Shown: in pieces, positions 48,421 through 59,222 of the stretch | Numbering within the stretch: the stretch's first letter is position 1 | Layout of the letters: every line of letters begins with the position of its first letter | Origin: Camelus dromedarius | Lineage: Eukaryota | DNA: 64,000 nt | Reading direction: 5' to 3' | Assembly (NCBI RefSeq): GCF_036321535.1 | Contig: NC_087437.1 | Span: 5,580,001-5,644,000, forward strand | Notes under the pieces: generated by a model | The model's database searches: none | The model's input: the letters and a program-made list of their open reading frames with translations, nothing else | Told to the model about the DNA's origin: nothing | Made by a program: the position numbers and the translations under genes

Positions 48421-51400
48421 ACGGCAGCCACGGGAGAGCCGATAGCTCTCAAATCCCACTGCTCGTTGGAAATGAGAGTAAAGCCAGGAGCATCTAAAGG
48501 GTGTGGAAAAGTGGAAGACCTTGAACAATCTGGAAACAGAATCATTGAGCGTTAGCTGCTACTTTGGGACCCTCAGAGTTTCCTAAGACCTCCAGAGGGG
48601 AGGACATTGCTCGTGCAGGACTCCCCACAGTGAGGACACCAGTGCCAGGAGCGCCTGGTACCAAGGTCCACTTGTGGACTCAGATGAGAACCATGAATCT
48701 CACTAAGGGGAAAGGCACCAGTGATTAATCTGCACTCAATAGACACATTTTTATTTCCTGTGACCACAGATGACAGAGGTCATTGATTAAAAAGACAAAA
48801 GATTTGTCCACCATAGGCTGGGCTGTTCAAGCCAAGAAAGAGACAAGGTGCCTCTAAAATCCTGGGACCGTTAGGACGACATTGGCCTGTCCCCACGCAC
48901 ATTCTGTTTAATGGTGCTGTGTCGCTGGTGACTCCGTGGGGAGCAGGGCTCAAGGGAGTCGATTTGGGAGAAGCATTCTGTGTCTCAGCTAGATCGCACT
49001 GGGCAGCAAAGGAACAGCTCTCATCTTCCACCCCCTCCGCAGGCAGGGCTCTTCTTGAGCTGCCCCTGGATGGCCTCGCAGAGCTGCTGGCTGCCTCTGC
49101 CCTCTGTGAACCCGGGGCTGCAGCCAGCTTGGCATGTTCCAGACTCCGGATGTCCACCAGCCTCCCCTCCTTGGCCTCTCTGTGTTCCTGGCTCAGGCCT
49201 TCCTGCCTCCCCGCCACTGGACTCCTACCTGTCTTTCAAGGCCTCCCACCAATGTCACTTCTTTCCCACCGCTTCCTTCTCTCACTGCGCCTTCCCCGTC
49301 TCCAATTTCTTGAGGTTTGAGAGTCCTCAGAAGCAAAACTGGTGACAAGTACTTGGGCGCAGACAGTTTATTTGCCCAAGTAAAGAAGTAGAGAGTGTGA
49401 GAGGGGGAAGGATGCAAAACCAGGGAAGTGTCCCTGATGCGGGCACCCGGGCTCGGTCCTGCTGGGCTGCTGGGGGACTGTCCCCTGTGCCGTGGGACTG
49501 GCCGGCTGTGGGCGAGGGAAGCTGGGTGTTTATCTGCCGACTCTGTCCCTCCCCGGTTGAGGGTTCCACCCGGGGGCAGTCAATCCCAGCGCTTCCCAGC
49601 TGTCCCAAGCACAGTAGGACCCACTCTGGTGCCACAGAAAGTTCTTGCAAGTCAGGTGGACTCAAGGTGGGCTGACCGACGAGGGGCGGGCGTGGGCCGC
49701 ATCCTCTACGTGATGTCTCCCACGCCCCTTCCGCACCAGTGCCCATGTGCCCCTGCAGTCCCTCCGTGGAGCCCTCAGTGCTCCGTGCTTGTTTGTTTTC
49801 CTAGCACCTATGAAGCACGTTTTATGTTTCTGCTTAACATTCAACCGTCAAAACAGCTCAAGAGGGCAGGTACTGTAATTACTCCCATTTAATAACGAGG
49901 AAACGGAGTCACAGAGAGATGCGCGCATTCTGTGTTTACGGGCCTATCTCTGCTTGCAGGCTGCCGGCCCCCGCAGGGCTCGGCCTCTGTGTCAGCTGCT
50001 GTTTGCGCACTCACTTCCGACACTCTGCTGGGCGTAGAGCAGTTGAGAGTCCTCAGAAGCGATGTCGCTGGAATCAGATTGTTCAGAAGATTCAAAGTCA
50101 CCATGGAAAGTGGAAAGAGATGCATGGCATTGACCAGTTTCACTTGGAGACCAGCTTTTCAATCCTCAGCAAGGCTGGAATGACGGGACTGCTCAAACTG
50201 AGTCTCAGGAAATCATCAGAAAGAAGACAGATCATGTTGTATGACCAGGCACATGCCAACCCTCTGCTCGCCCTTGTCTTGGGATTAACCATGAGTTTTA
50301 ATACCTCTGTCTACACCTGCATCTTAAAAAAATACTTACACATGGAGTGAGCATTCAGTCCTTCCGTTTGCGGCAATGGCCGGGACTGTTAGGAACCACC
50401 ATTTCATCTCTGGCCAGCATCTACTGAGAACAGCCCACAGTCCCTGTCAGGGCAGAAACAGCTCAGGAGGGAAGCATTGCTGCGGTTTGACTGAACAGAT
50501 GGTCTGATGACGTCGGTGTTTCCAAATTACCTGCAGCCAAAGCAGATGGAAAAATTACCATTAGAGCCCAAGCCTGATGGCAGGCAAGGAGTCACAGGGA
50601 ACTTCGGGGGAGAAGAGTCACACGGGATGCTTTATTTTTTTCATTTTCCAGTTCCCTGGGGGATTTTGTCCTCTTCACAGATTCCTCTAATGAAATGGCA
50701 AGAGTGGTTTCAGCTGATCCCACAAACAGCCACCCCCGAGGCAAGGCTGGAAGACGTGGTTTTCAGCAGTGTCACTGCCACTGGAAAGTGAGACTGATTC
50801 TAACAAGAAGTTATGAAACGTGTTAAAAGTATTACGTCGATGAAAAGAAACATCGCAGACGCATAATTGAATAATATGACAGTCCTTTGAAAAAAAATCA
50901 TCATAATGGCTGCATATTTCGCCCTGGGCACATGGTAGTTTGTGGGGTTCACGTTCCATCTTGATCCAGGAGGCTGAGTTAAAATTAACATTTTCGCGTG
51001 AGACTGACTGCACAGCCCGATATCTCTACTCATCTGATTTCCTTGTTTACTAGTGTGCTTTTGCTCTTTCCTGCCCCCAGTGTCCTGGGCCTCTATGTCC
51101 TTTATGCAAAGTTGGCAGCTGCGTGAAGTGCTGCCGTCCAGCCTTCACTGTGAGTCAGCCAATCTGTGCTGGATGACTTGGAGGCCAGGATCTAAAACCT
51201 CAGTCAGAATCACAGAGCTTTCTGTTTACTCATGAAGAAGTAAGCCGCTGGAGTTTCCACACTTGTCTGAGGACACAGAAGTGGCTGAAGACAAAACAAG
51301 AACCCAGAGGTTTACTCTGCGAAGGCACGTGCCTTCAGAGCTCTGTAAACCCCAAGTGCCCCTAACTCACCTCTCTCTGTCTCTCTGTCTCTCTCAAGGG

Positions 51401-51537
51401 GTGCAGATGTTAAAAGAACTGGCTTATAGAGTTCAAACTCAGAGGAAACTCATTAAGACCAGAAGAACAATTTTTAAATAATTTTTTTCCTACAACATCC
51501 CTGTTCAATTTTCATGGCAGGACAGCACGGAACAAGG

Positions 51538-51890
51538 TTGTCTTGGTTTAAGTTCCAGGGAACAGACCCTGAGACAAGGAATCTGAGTACAAGGAGTTTT
51601 CTCTGAAGGAAATCCCCCAAAGCAAAGAGAGAGGGGAGAGGAAATGAGACAGAAAAGGGAAGAAACACGCCTCATGGTATCCCAACCAGGAGGCGAGGGA
51701 GTTGGGGTATGTATCCTCTGACTCTGATCTGTCATTATCTGAGAGCTGTTTCCGGAGGTGTTAACATCTCTGTACTTCTGGAACTTCTTTCACTGGGACA
51801 AGAGAAAGCCTTCAAGTGAAGAGAGATTGATTGTTGCCATAGAATGCACTGGAACAGGTGCTGTGAGGGTCAGGGCAGTGTATAGCAGCA
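51538..51890 (-). mobile_element. ERVL LTR (LTR33-like)
   Basis: 'tgtcttggtttaagttccagggaacagaccctgagacaaggaatctgagtacaagg'. Confidence 0.65.
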
Positions 51891-53284
51891 TTTGCCCTGG
51901 TCAGATTTGGGTTCCAATCTGTATCCACGGACCTACTGGATGACTTCAAACAAGTCACTTTCCCTCTCTAATCCTCCGTGTCTTCTTTGAAATGGAGACT
52001 AACCAGCGCGAAATACGTGAGTAGGAAATGAGATAATAAGACACAAGACGTGCTTAGCACAGTGCTTCACAGCAAGAAGGCCCTTGATGTGTGGTGGTCT
52101 GACCATTATTGTTTTCTTTGCCTGCGTTGAGCTCCTGGGGGGAAGCGGAACTGAGGATGTCAGGGTGTTAACAGCAGATGGGGGACCTCAGGCTAGCACT
52201 TAGGTCAACCTCCGGACTTCACAGAAGAGGAAGCTTGGGGATGAGGAAGGTGACTGTTACAAGGGGAAAAATAAATCACCTATTAGAGGCTGGCAAAGGC
52301 AGACCTGCACGCCGGGGCAGCCGGTCCCACATGCAGCGCTATTCCCACCTCCCTGGACTGTATCCTTCAGAGTTATTCATGGAATATAGATCTAGAAGGA
52401 AGAGTGAATTCATCACATCCTAGGATGGCAAACAGGGTTTTTTTAGAGGCTAAATTCACAATGGCTCCCTGTGAGGCTGTGTTAAGAAGGATTCTGATGA
52501 CAAGGTGCATCAGGCAGGTGGGTATGACTGATTACCAGTGTCTGCCATGGACCTGGGAGAGCACACCGGCCACGTGGATGCTGAGGAAGTTGACTGATGG
52601 AGTTGTGAGCTGCCACCAAGGGAATGAGGTAACCATCTTGTTTCCTTGTCTTATTGCAATAATAATGCTTATTCCTTGTAGAAAAATCCTAGGGATATAA
52701 ATGAGAACATGAAAATTGCCTCTCAGGTACAGCAAAGAAGAGTGATCTCTGGAACTGATTCTCAGTCTCTGGACTCAGAATCAGGTGATGGGGGAATGAG
52801 AAAGGAGGCTAAAAACAGACACTAATTAAGGGTTTGTATAAGGAGTCATCAATTCACCCATATCTAGTTGTAGAACAGCAGGCAGCCAGGCATTTAATCC
52901 TAAGGCATCCCCCGCTCCAAAGCCAAAAAAAAAGTAAAAGAAAAAATGTCAAATTCCTCCAAGTTGATCTTTAGATTCAATGCAATTCAAAGATAAACAA
53001 ACCTCAGTAGGGTTTTTCATTGACTTAGGAGGCTGAGTCTCAAAGTTATCTGGAAGAGTAAGGGTCCCAAGACAGTGGAGGCTTTTCTGGAGAAGGGGAG
53101 TTAGGAAGGGGTCTTCCCTTACAGATACCCAGACTTATTGTGAAGCTGTTGTCATTAAGATGGTGCGGTACCAGCACCACAATAGATAAACTGACTGATG
53201 GTACAAAATAGCTCTGAAACAGACCTACATACAATGGAGCTTTTTTTTTTTTTTTTTTTTACTATTGAATGATTATTTTATTTT

Positions 53285-53728
53285 CAATTTATTTATTTTT
53301 TTTTAATTGAAGTACTGTCGGTTACAATGTGTCAATTTCTGGTGTACAGCATAATGTCCCAGTCATGCAGATACATACATGTATTTGTTTTCCTATTTTT
53401 TTTCAGTAAAGGTTATTATAAGATATTTAACATAGTTCCCTGTGCTATACAGCAAAACCTTTTTAAGAATCTATTTTTATATATAGTGGCTAACATTTGT
53501 AAATCTCAAATTCCCAAATGTATCCCCTCCCACCCCCTTTCCCCAGGTAATCATAAGATTGTTTACTACGTCTGCAAGTCTGTTTCTGTCTTGTAGATGA
53601 GTTCATAATGTCTTTCTTTTCTTTTTTTAGATTCTGCATATGAGTGATATCATATGGTATTCTTCTTTCTCTTTCTGGCTTACTTCACTTAAAATGGTGA
53701 TCTCTAGGTCCATCCATGTTGCTGCAAA
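53285..53728 (-). mobile_element. 5'-truncated lineage-specific L1 3' end
   Basis: Reverse L1 3' UTR very similar to 5685-6110. Confidence 0.9.
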
Positions 53729-53820
53729 TTTTTTTTTTAAGTGGAGGTACCAGAGATTGAAACCTAGACCTTGTGCATGCTAAGTATGCGCTCTGCCACT
53801 TGAGCTATACCCTCTCCCCT
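53729..53820 (-). mobile_element. Vic-1-like tRNA-derived SINE
   Basis: Reverse GGGGAGAGGGTATAGCTCAAGTGGCAGAGCGCATACTTAGCATGCACAAGGTCTAGGTTTCAATCTCTGGTACCTCC. Confidence 0.85.
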
Positions 53821-55179
53821 TTGATATGTGATAGGATTGTCTTGGCTGTGGGGAAAAGAGGGACTCTGTAAGAAGCGGAACTAAAAATACGCTTATCCGT
53901 GTGTATAAAGATGAAACTGACCTCTGCTCCTACCATCTGCCACAGTACCTCCAGATGAATTCAAGTCGTTCGTTAGAAGAGCATAACTTGAAAGTTATTA
54001 GTAAGAAATACAGGTTCGTGTTTTTTCTGACCTTCAGGGAAAGGAAGGACTTCTTAAGTAAGACCTGAAAAGCACAGCTCTGAGCAGACCCAGCACAGAA
54101 GCATCTGAGTGCTGGCACTCCCATTGAACTGGGTCACTGCCAGGAGGCAACCCCAGGAGATCGTGGCCTCGGCCACAACACCGTGGTGGATGCCAGGCAG
54201 TGGCAGGTGCATCCCACGAGGTTGTCCCTGGGGGGACCTGAGTGGCACACTCCTGTGCTGCCACCTAGCAGGGTGGAGAGGACCCGGTTTCATCTAACCT
54301 CTGCCAGAGTCCAATACACTGTCCTGAGCAGAGCTCTCTACTGACCGAACAACCTAGTTCCATGAAGGTACCAGCAGGGGTTTTCTTCGTAAATTACAGA
54401 GCGCTTTTAAACCAGTTAAACAGAAATGGAATTTATTCCAGGAGGTAGAGGTAGCTCACAGAATCTCTTGGAGGATTAGAGAGTCTAACGCAGGGGGCAG
54501 GCAGCCTGGACCATCCCCAGACGACGCCCCCAGGACTGGTCCCGTGGACATCCCAGTGGGCCCAGATACTGCAGGCTACACCACTGAATTCTAGAATTTC
54601 ACCCCCACGGGCTCTGGCAGCTGGATATCTTCACCCACAAGACTTCCGGGTGGTCCCGCCTGCCCTGCATCACTAGCTGACAACTTGAAGTGTCGATGGG
54701 AGCCTCAGATGGGAGGAGCCCGGGTCACAGGCCTGGACCTAGCTCAGGAGGAGGCTGGGGAAGCAGTTTCTGCCTTATCTGTCACCACCTCATCACTCTC
54801 TTTTTATTCCTAAAAACTTTCATGCCAAGTTAAATCCACACGTTTATACGTGACTTTTTAATAATTACATTTCACGCCAGTTACTTCTCATCCCAATAGC
54901 GCTGTGTGACTCAAGTAAAACAACTCTATTAAGTCTCAAGTCCGGATTATTTCAGGGAGATAGACAGCCGTGATCATGGTCATGGGTTCATGTTGGCTTC
55001 TTTCTTAGAAGGTGGCTCTTTCTGAATTTGTCCATAGATTTGAGTGTCCCTAGATTGCACCGCACTTCAGGGCACAAGCTCTCTGTTCACTGACTGGCTG
55101 TGTGATTCTGCGAAGTGAAAGTGGAGGGTTGGGAAAATATAGTCCAAGAAGGGGTACGTGGGGCCAGTTGAAGGGATAA

Positions 55180-55608
55180 TGTGGCAGACTGGGTTATGAG
55201 CACCAAGTCACCCCATTCCCATAAGCAGGGCGCTGTGCAGTGTGACTGCGGCTCCTCCAGCCAGAGGCGCAGCCTACACCCTCCTAAACCTGGGCCGGTC
55301 CTGCGACTCGCTTGGACCAGTGGGATGTGGCGGAAGTCGTCTGCACACTCAGACCCGCGACCTCAGGCAGCCTCTGCCTTGGCGCATCTGCAGCACTGCC
55401 CTGTGGCTTCTCTGTCTGGGAGACGCCCAGGTGAAGGGCCCCGTTCGGAGGCCAGCGGCCCAGCTGTTCACGCTGGGTCTAGTCCCCAGATGACTTTTCC
55501 TGAGAGCCCAGGTGAGGCCAGCAGAAACCACCCAGTTCATCCCCAGAATCATAAAATACAACGACATTCTTACTCTTTCGGGCCACTACATTTTGCAGTA
55601 GACACCTG
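55180..55608 (+). mobile_element. MaLR LTR (MLT1E/F-like)
   Basis: 'tgtggcagactgg...ctgtgcagtgtgactg...cagcagaaaccacccag...gccactacattttg'. Confidence 0.65.
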
Positions 55609-55689
55609 AGGGATAGATAATCAAGGTCTTGCGTGCACTCCGGTGGTGGAAGAGCAAGGTCACAAGCAGGTGGAGGGTTTGTTTGTTTT

Positions 55690-55920
55690 TCTAACATTTG
55701 GTGGGTATCTGGTGTATGCCAGACCCCCTCTGTGTGTAATTCACTGAATCTTCCCAACAGCCTTATGAGATGGATGCTGCAATGCAGACGGGGACACCAA
55801 GGCCCCAGAGAGGAGAAGTAACTTGTCCAAGGTCACGTGGCTGTTAGGCGGCAGGGCTGAGGCTTCACTTTGTGTCTGCCTGATTCCAGAGTCCCCGCTC
55901 ACAGCCACACCACTGCACGG
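55690..55920 (-). mobile_element. MIR SINE
   Basis: 'aatcttcccaacagccttatgag...ggccccagagaggagaagtaacttgtccaaggtcac...tctgcctgattccagagtcc'. Confidence 0.8.
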
Positions 55921-57233
55921 CCACCAGCACTGATAATGTACTAACATGAAACAGTAAAGGCTAACCAGAGACAGGGAGGTGACACTCCAGCTTTGTAACT
56001 CCTGCTTTCTGTGTCTTGTTTCCTAGTTAAAGATTACTTTCTACAAGAAGGGAGGAGCGATTTTTGAAACGATGACTTGCATTTCTATTCAGGCTTCTGT
56101 TTCAGTAATTCCTTCCTTGAATTATTATTGTACCAAAGAGGGGTGTTCTGAGACTGACTCGGGTTATAAGAAATATCAAGATGGGAAAATTTAAACACAC
56201 TTGTGAAAAGTAAATAGACTTGTGTTTACTAATAATTCCCGGCAAGGCAGAATGCCTTCTAGAGCAATCACTCACTCATTCATTCATTCATTCATTCATT
56301 CGACATGCTGAATAATTACTGAGTGCCACGCATCGTGCTAATTTCCAGGAAAACAAATAGGACCTTTTCTAAGACTGAAGTGCTCATGCGGTCCAGTTAG
56401 AATAGAAGAATTAAGCAGAAGCACAACATGTGAATTTACTGGTCATTTTCTCAAAATTAAAGAACTGTATCAACCATCTAAAGAAAAAAGCTGCCTTAAG
56501 TTGATTTTGATTTTCTAATTAAAGGCATAGAGTTGCAAAAATGAAATTGTAGTCTCTGATGACTAAGCCTGTGTGGCTGCACACCCCACGTACGTCTCAC
56601 TTCCAGTTAAGTGCTACCTACTCTCCCAAGCTGGTCATCGGGAGCTTGGTAGCAATTTACCTTTTCATGGAACCATAAAGAAGATTCAAATGCTAGATGA
56701 CCCCAGAAGGAAACAATTCAGAAATTCCTGTCAGGGAAAGAATTTCCCTCCACCTCTTGTTTTTTGCCCCTTGGACTGCACACAAACACTCTAGCTTAGA
56801 ACTCTGTCCTTACTTGATGAGTATCTTCTTCTTCTTTTTTTTTTAAATGAGAACCATAATAGAAAATTGCCTTCAGAGGAGTATTTCACAGTAATGGGCA
56901 GGGAATGTTCTAGCCCCTGCTGAGTGGAGTTGGACATGTTTCCTGTCTTCTCTGTACCCCTGTTTCCTTATTTGTAAAGGAAAGCCATGAAATGAGCTGA
57001 TACCTGCAATCTTCCCCAGATGTAAATGTGCAAACTTCTTTAAAGAGCTCTTATTGGTTATTGGCTGTTTTCTCTAGTTAACGACTACATCTTCTTAAGA
57101 AATCGAAGACAAAACTCCTTGGGATTCTGTGCATCAACTTGATTTCACTTTTCTCTTTTGGAGCCTCACCTGGAATTAAAAAAAAAAGTTAAAGCTAAAT
57201 TTCCTATATTGTTTTCCAGGATAAGGCTTAGAG

Positions 57234-57282
57234 AGTGAGTGTGTGTGTGGGTGTGTGTGTGTGTGTTGTGTTGTGTTGTTGT
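57234..57282. repeat. Imperfect (TG)n/(TGTTG)n microsatellite
   Basis: Direct reading. Confidence 0.85.
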
Positions 57283-58037
57283 GGTTCCCCCTTTTGAAGG
57301 TACAATAAAAGATGGGCGCAGCTTACCATCCTGAGACTGATGCTTCCTAGGACTGGAGAATTTTGAGAAACTGCTGGCTTCGAGGTTAGCCATATGCTGG
57401 GTTTACATAATCCAGCCAGCAAGAAAATACTGGGCTCTCCCGTACGCTCCTTTCTGCCCTTGGGTGAAGGAGCAATGGATCGGGAGTTCCAACATCCGGG
57501 TCCCAGTCCTGATTTGGCACCCAGCAAGTAGTGGGACAAAGAACAGCCTCCTTGCTCTCAGCCTCAGTTTCTCCATCTGTACAATGAGCTGCCCTAGAAA
57601 ATCACGTTTACTAGGATGTCTGGAACCGACTTAGGTACCTCGAACGCTATTTTAGGAGTTTAGATAAATTGAGTTCAAAATAGCACAATTAACCCCAAAA
57701 TGACTTTAGCATGTCACACGCTTGTGTGCAATGGCTCTTAAGTAACGCAAAGAGAAGCGATCCACCCAAGAATCATCACAATTGGCTCCTTGCCTGGAGG
57801 ACCTCAGTGGTGGCCCTGAAGTTGCCAGTCATGCTCCGTGCTGCCCTAACAAAATGCCAGCTCTGTCCTCTTTTCACACTCGTAGCTGCAGGAGCAGACA
57901 TCACCACACCCCAGAAAGTAACCTCCGTTGTCACAAGCAGAGGAGGAACTAGATGTCCTGGCTGGTCCCTGTCTATGAGCTCATCCTCCGAGGGTGGACC
58001 TCTGATGGTATGACACACCTGGAGCAGGTTCTCCAAG

Positions 58038-58256
58038 GCAGGCTCTCCCAATCTTTGATGCTGCCGACATTTAGGGCTGGATCATTTTGGTCGTAGGGGA
58101 CTTGCCTGTGCCTTGTAGGATATTTAGCAGCACCTCTGGTTCCTACCCACTACTTGCCAGTAGCACCCCTCCCCAAGTCGTGACAGCCACAAATGTCTCC
58201 AGATTTTGCCAAATGTCCCTGGGGGGCAAAATCAGCCTCTGAGGGGAGTGCCTCTG
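58038..58256. mobile_element. MER20 hAT-Charlie element
   Basis: 'tgtaggatatttagcagcacctctgg...gccagtagcacccctcccc...gtgacagccacaaatgtctccagattttgccaaatgtccctggggggcaaaatc'. Confidence 0.9.
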
Positions 58257-58512
58257 GATATATGGACTTCCACATTGTTGAAAGCAGACCTTGAGACAAA
58301 GAACTGGGTGTAAGTCGTTAATTTGGCAGGTCATCTCAGGAAGTGTTGTGAGGGATTGGGAAGTGAGTCAGGGAGGGAGGAAAGCCGGAATGAACAGGCT
58401 ACTGCTCTGGGTGGCAAGAGGTCAACTTCCCCGGGGACTCCGGGACTGTGCAGAGAGCAACCTAAAGAGGATCCTGTTCAGGAGCAGAGAAGCTATTTCT
58501 CCTCCATCAAAA

Positions 58513-59090
58513 TGTTGCAGAAAAATGTGTTACAGCTCCGTGTTACAGCTTAGCTGTGACAGCAACCTGAACCTGGGCGAGAGACCAAGCAGCACTGGGG
58601 GAGTTGGAGAACTCAGGTTTATTACGCCAGCAGGCCCAGAAGAGTTAACACTTCTAGCTCTGGACCCCATGTATAGGTTTACACAGGCCTTTTATAGGCT
58701 GCCAGTTTTACACTTTGCAACATCATATGCAAATAAAGTACAACAGAAGTTGACCAACCAGAAACAAGCTTTGTAGAAATAGACCAATCAGGAGTGAGAG
58801 AAATAACCAATCAGGAGTGAGCTCCATGCAAATGAAGTACTACAAATGGACCAATCAGAAGTTAGGGAAGTGGACCAATCAGAAATGAGAATAATAACCA
58901 ATCAGGAGTGAAGGAAATAACCAATTAGAAGTGAGCTCAGGGAACCAATAGAATTTTAGGTGAAAGTTAGCAGTTTCAGAGGTAAAAAGTGAGATAGAGT
59001 CTCTGGGCCAGGGAATCTGATGGTGCTGGCAGGAGAGTAGTGGCCCTGCCTGGGGGTCCTGCCAGTCTTTTTATGGGGCTTCCCGCCTCA
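58513..59090 (-). mobile_element. ERV solo LTR with a tandem CCAAT array in U3
   Basis: TG...CA ends; reverse AATAAA (58618-58623) and reverse CCTATAAAA TATA box (58690-58698) in LTR order; 7 CCAAT boxes upstream; no clean TSD. Confidence 0.8.
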
Positions 59091-59191
59091 GAACCACAGG
59101 GGGTATATCAACCTCCTTTCTTGACTCACCCCCTCTCCAGATTTTTCCTTTGATTCAGATCCTTTTTAGCCTTATGATAGCAATGTGTATA

Positions 59192-59222
<31 letters not shown>

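Larger units (their letters stand above)
52940..54000 (+). mobile_element. Old L1M ORF2 fragment interrupted by a SINE and a young L1
   Basis: 'caaattcctccaagttgatctttagattcaatgcaatt...cagataccc agacttattgtgaagctg...ctgaaacagacctacatac' resumes 'ttgatatgtgatagg' after 53820. Confidence 0.65.

Noticed and set aside
49919..50350. 143-aa ATG-initiated ORF
   Set aside because: No recognisable domain, starts at a MIR-like fragment, and has no supporting splice or promoter structure
56270..56302. (TCAT)n tract, and (TCCA)n/(GCCA)n at ~39556-39620
   Set aside because: Ordinary simple repeats; the (TCAT)n is the usual L2 3' tail
58750..58950. Regularly spaced short repeats superficially like a CRISPR array
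   Set aside because: Eukaryotic LTR U3 tandem units of ~23 bp with related rather than unique spacers; no cas genes
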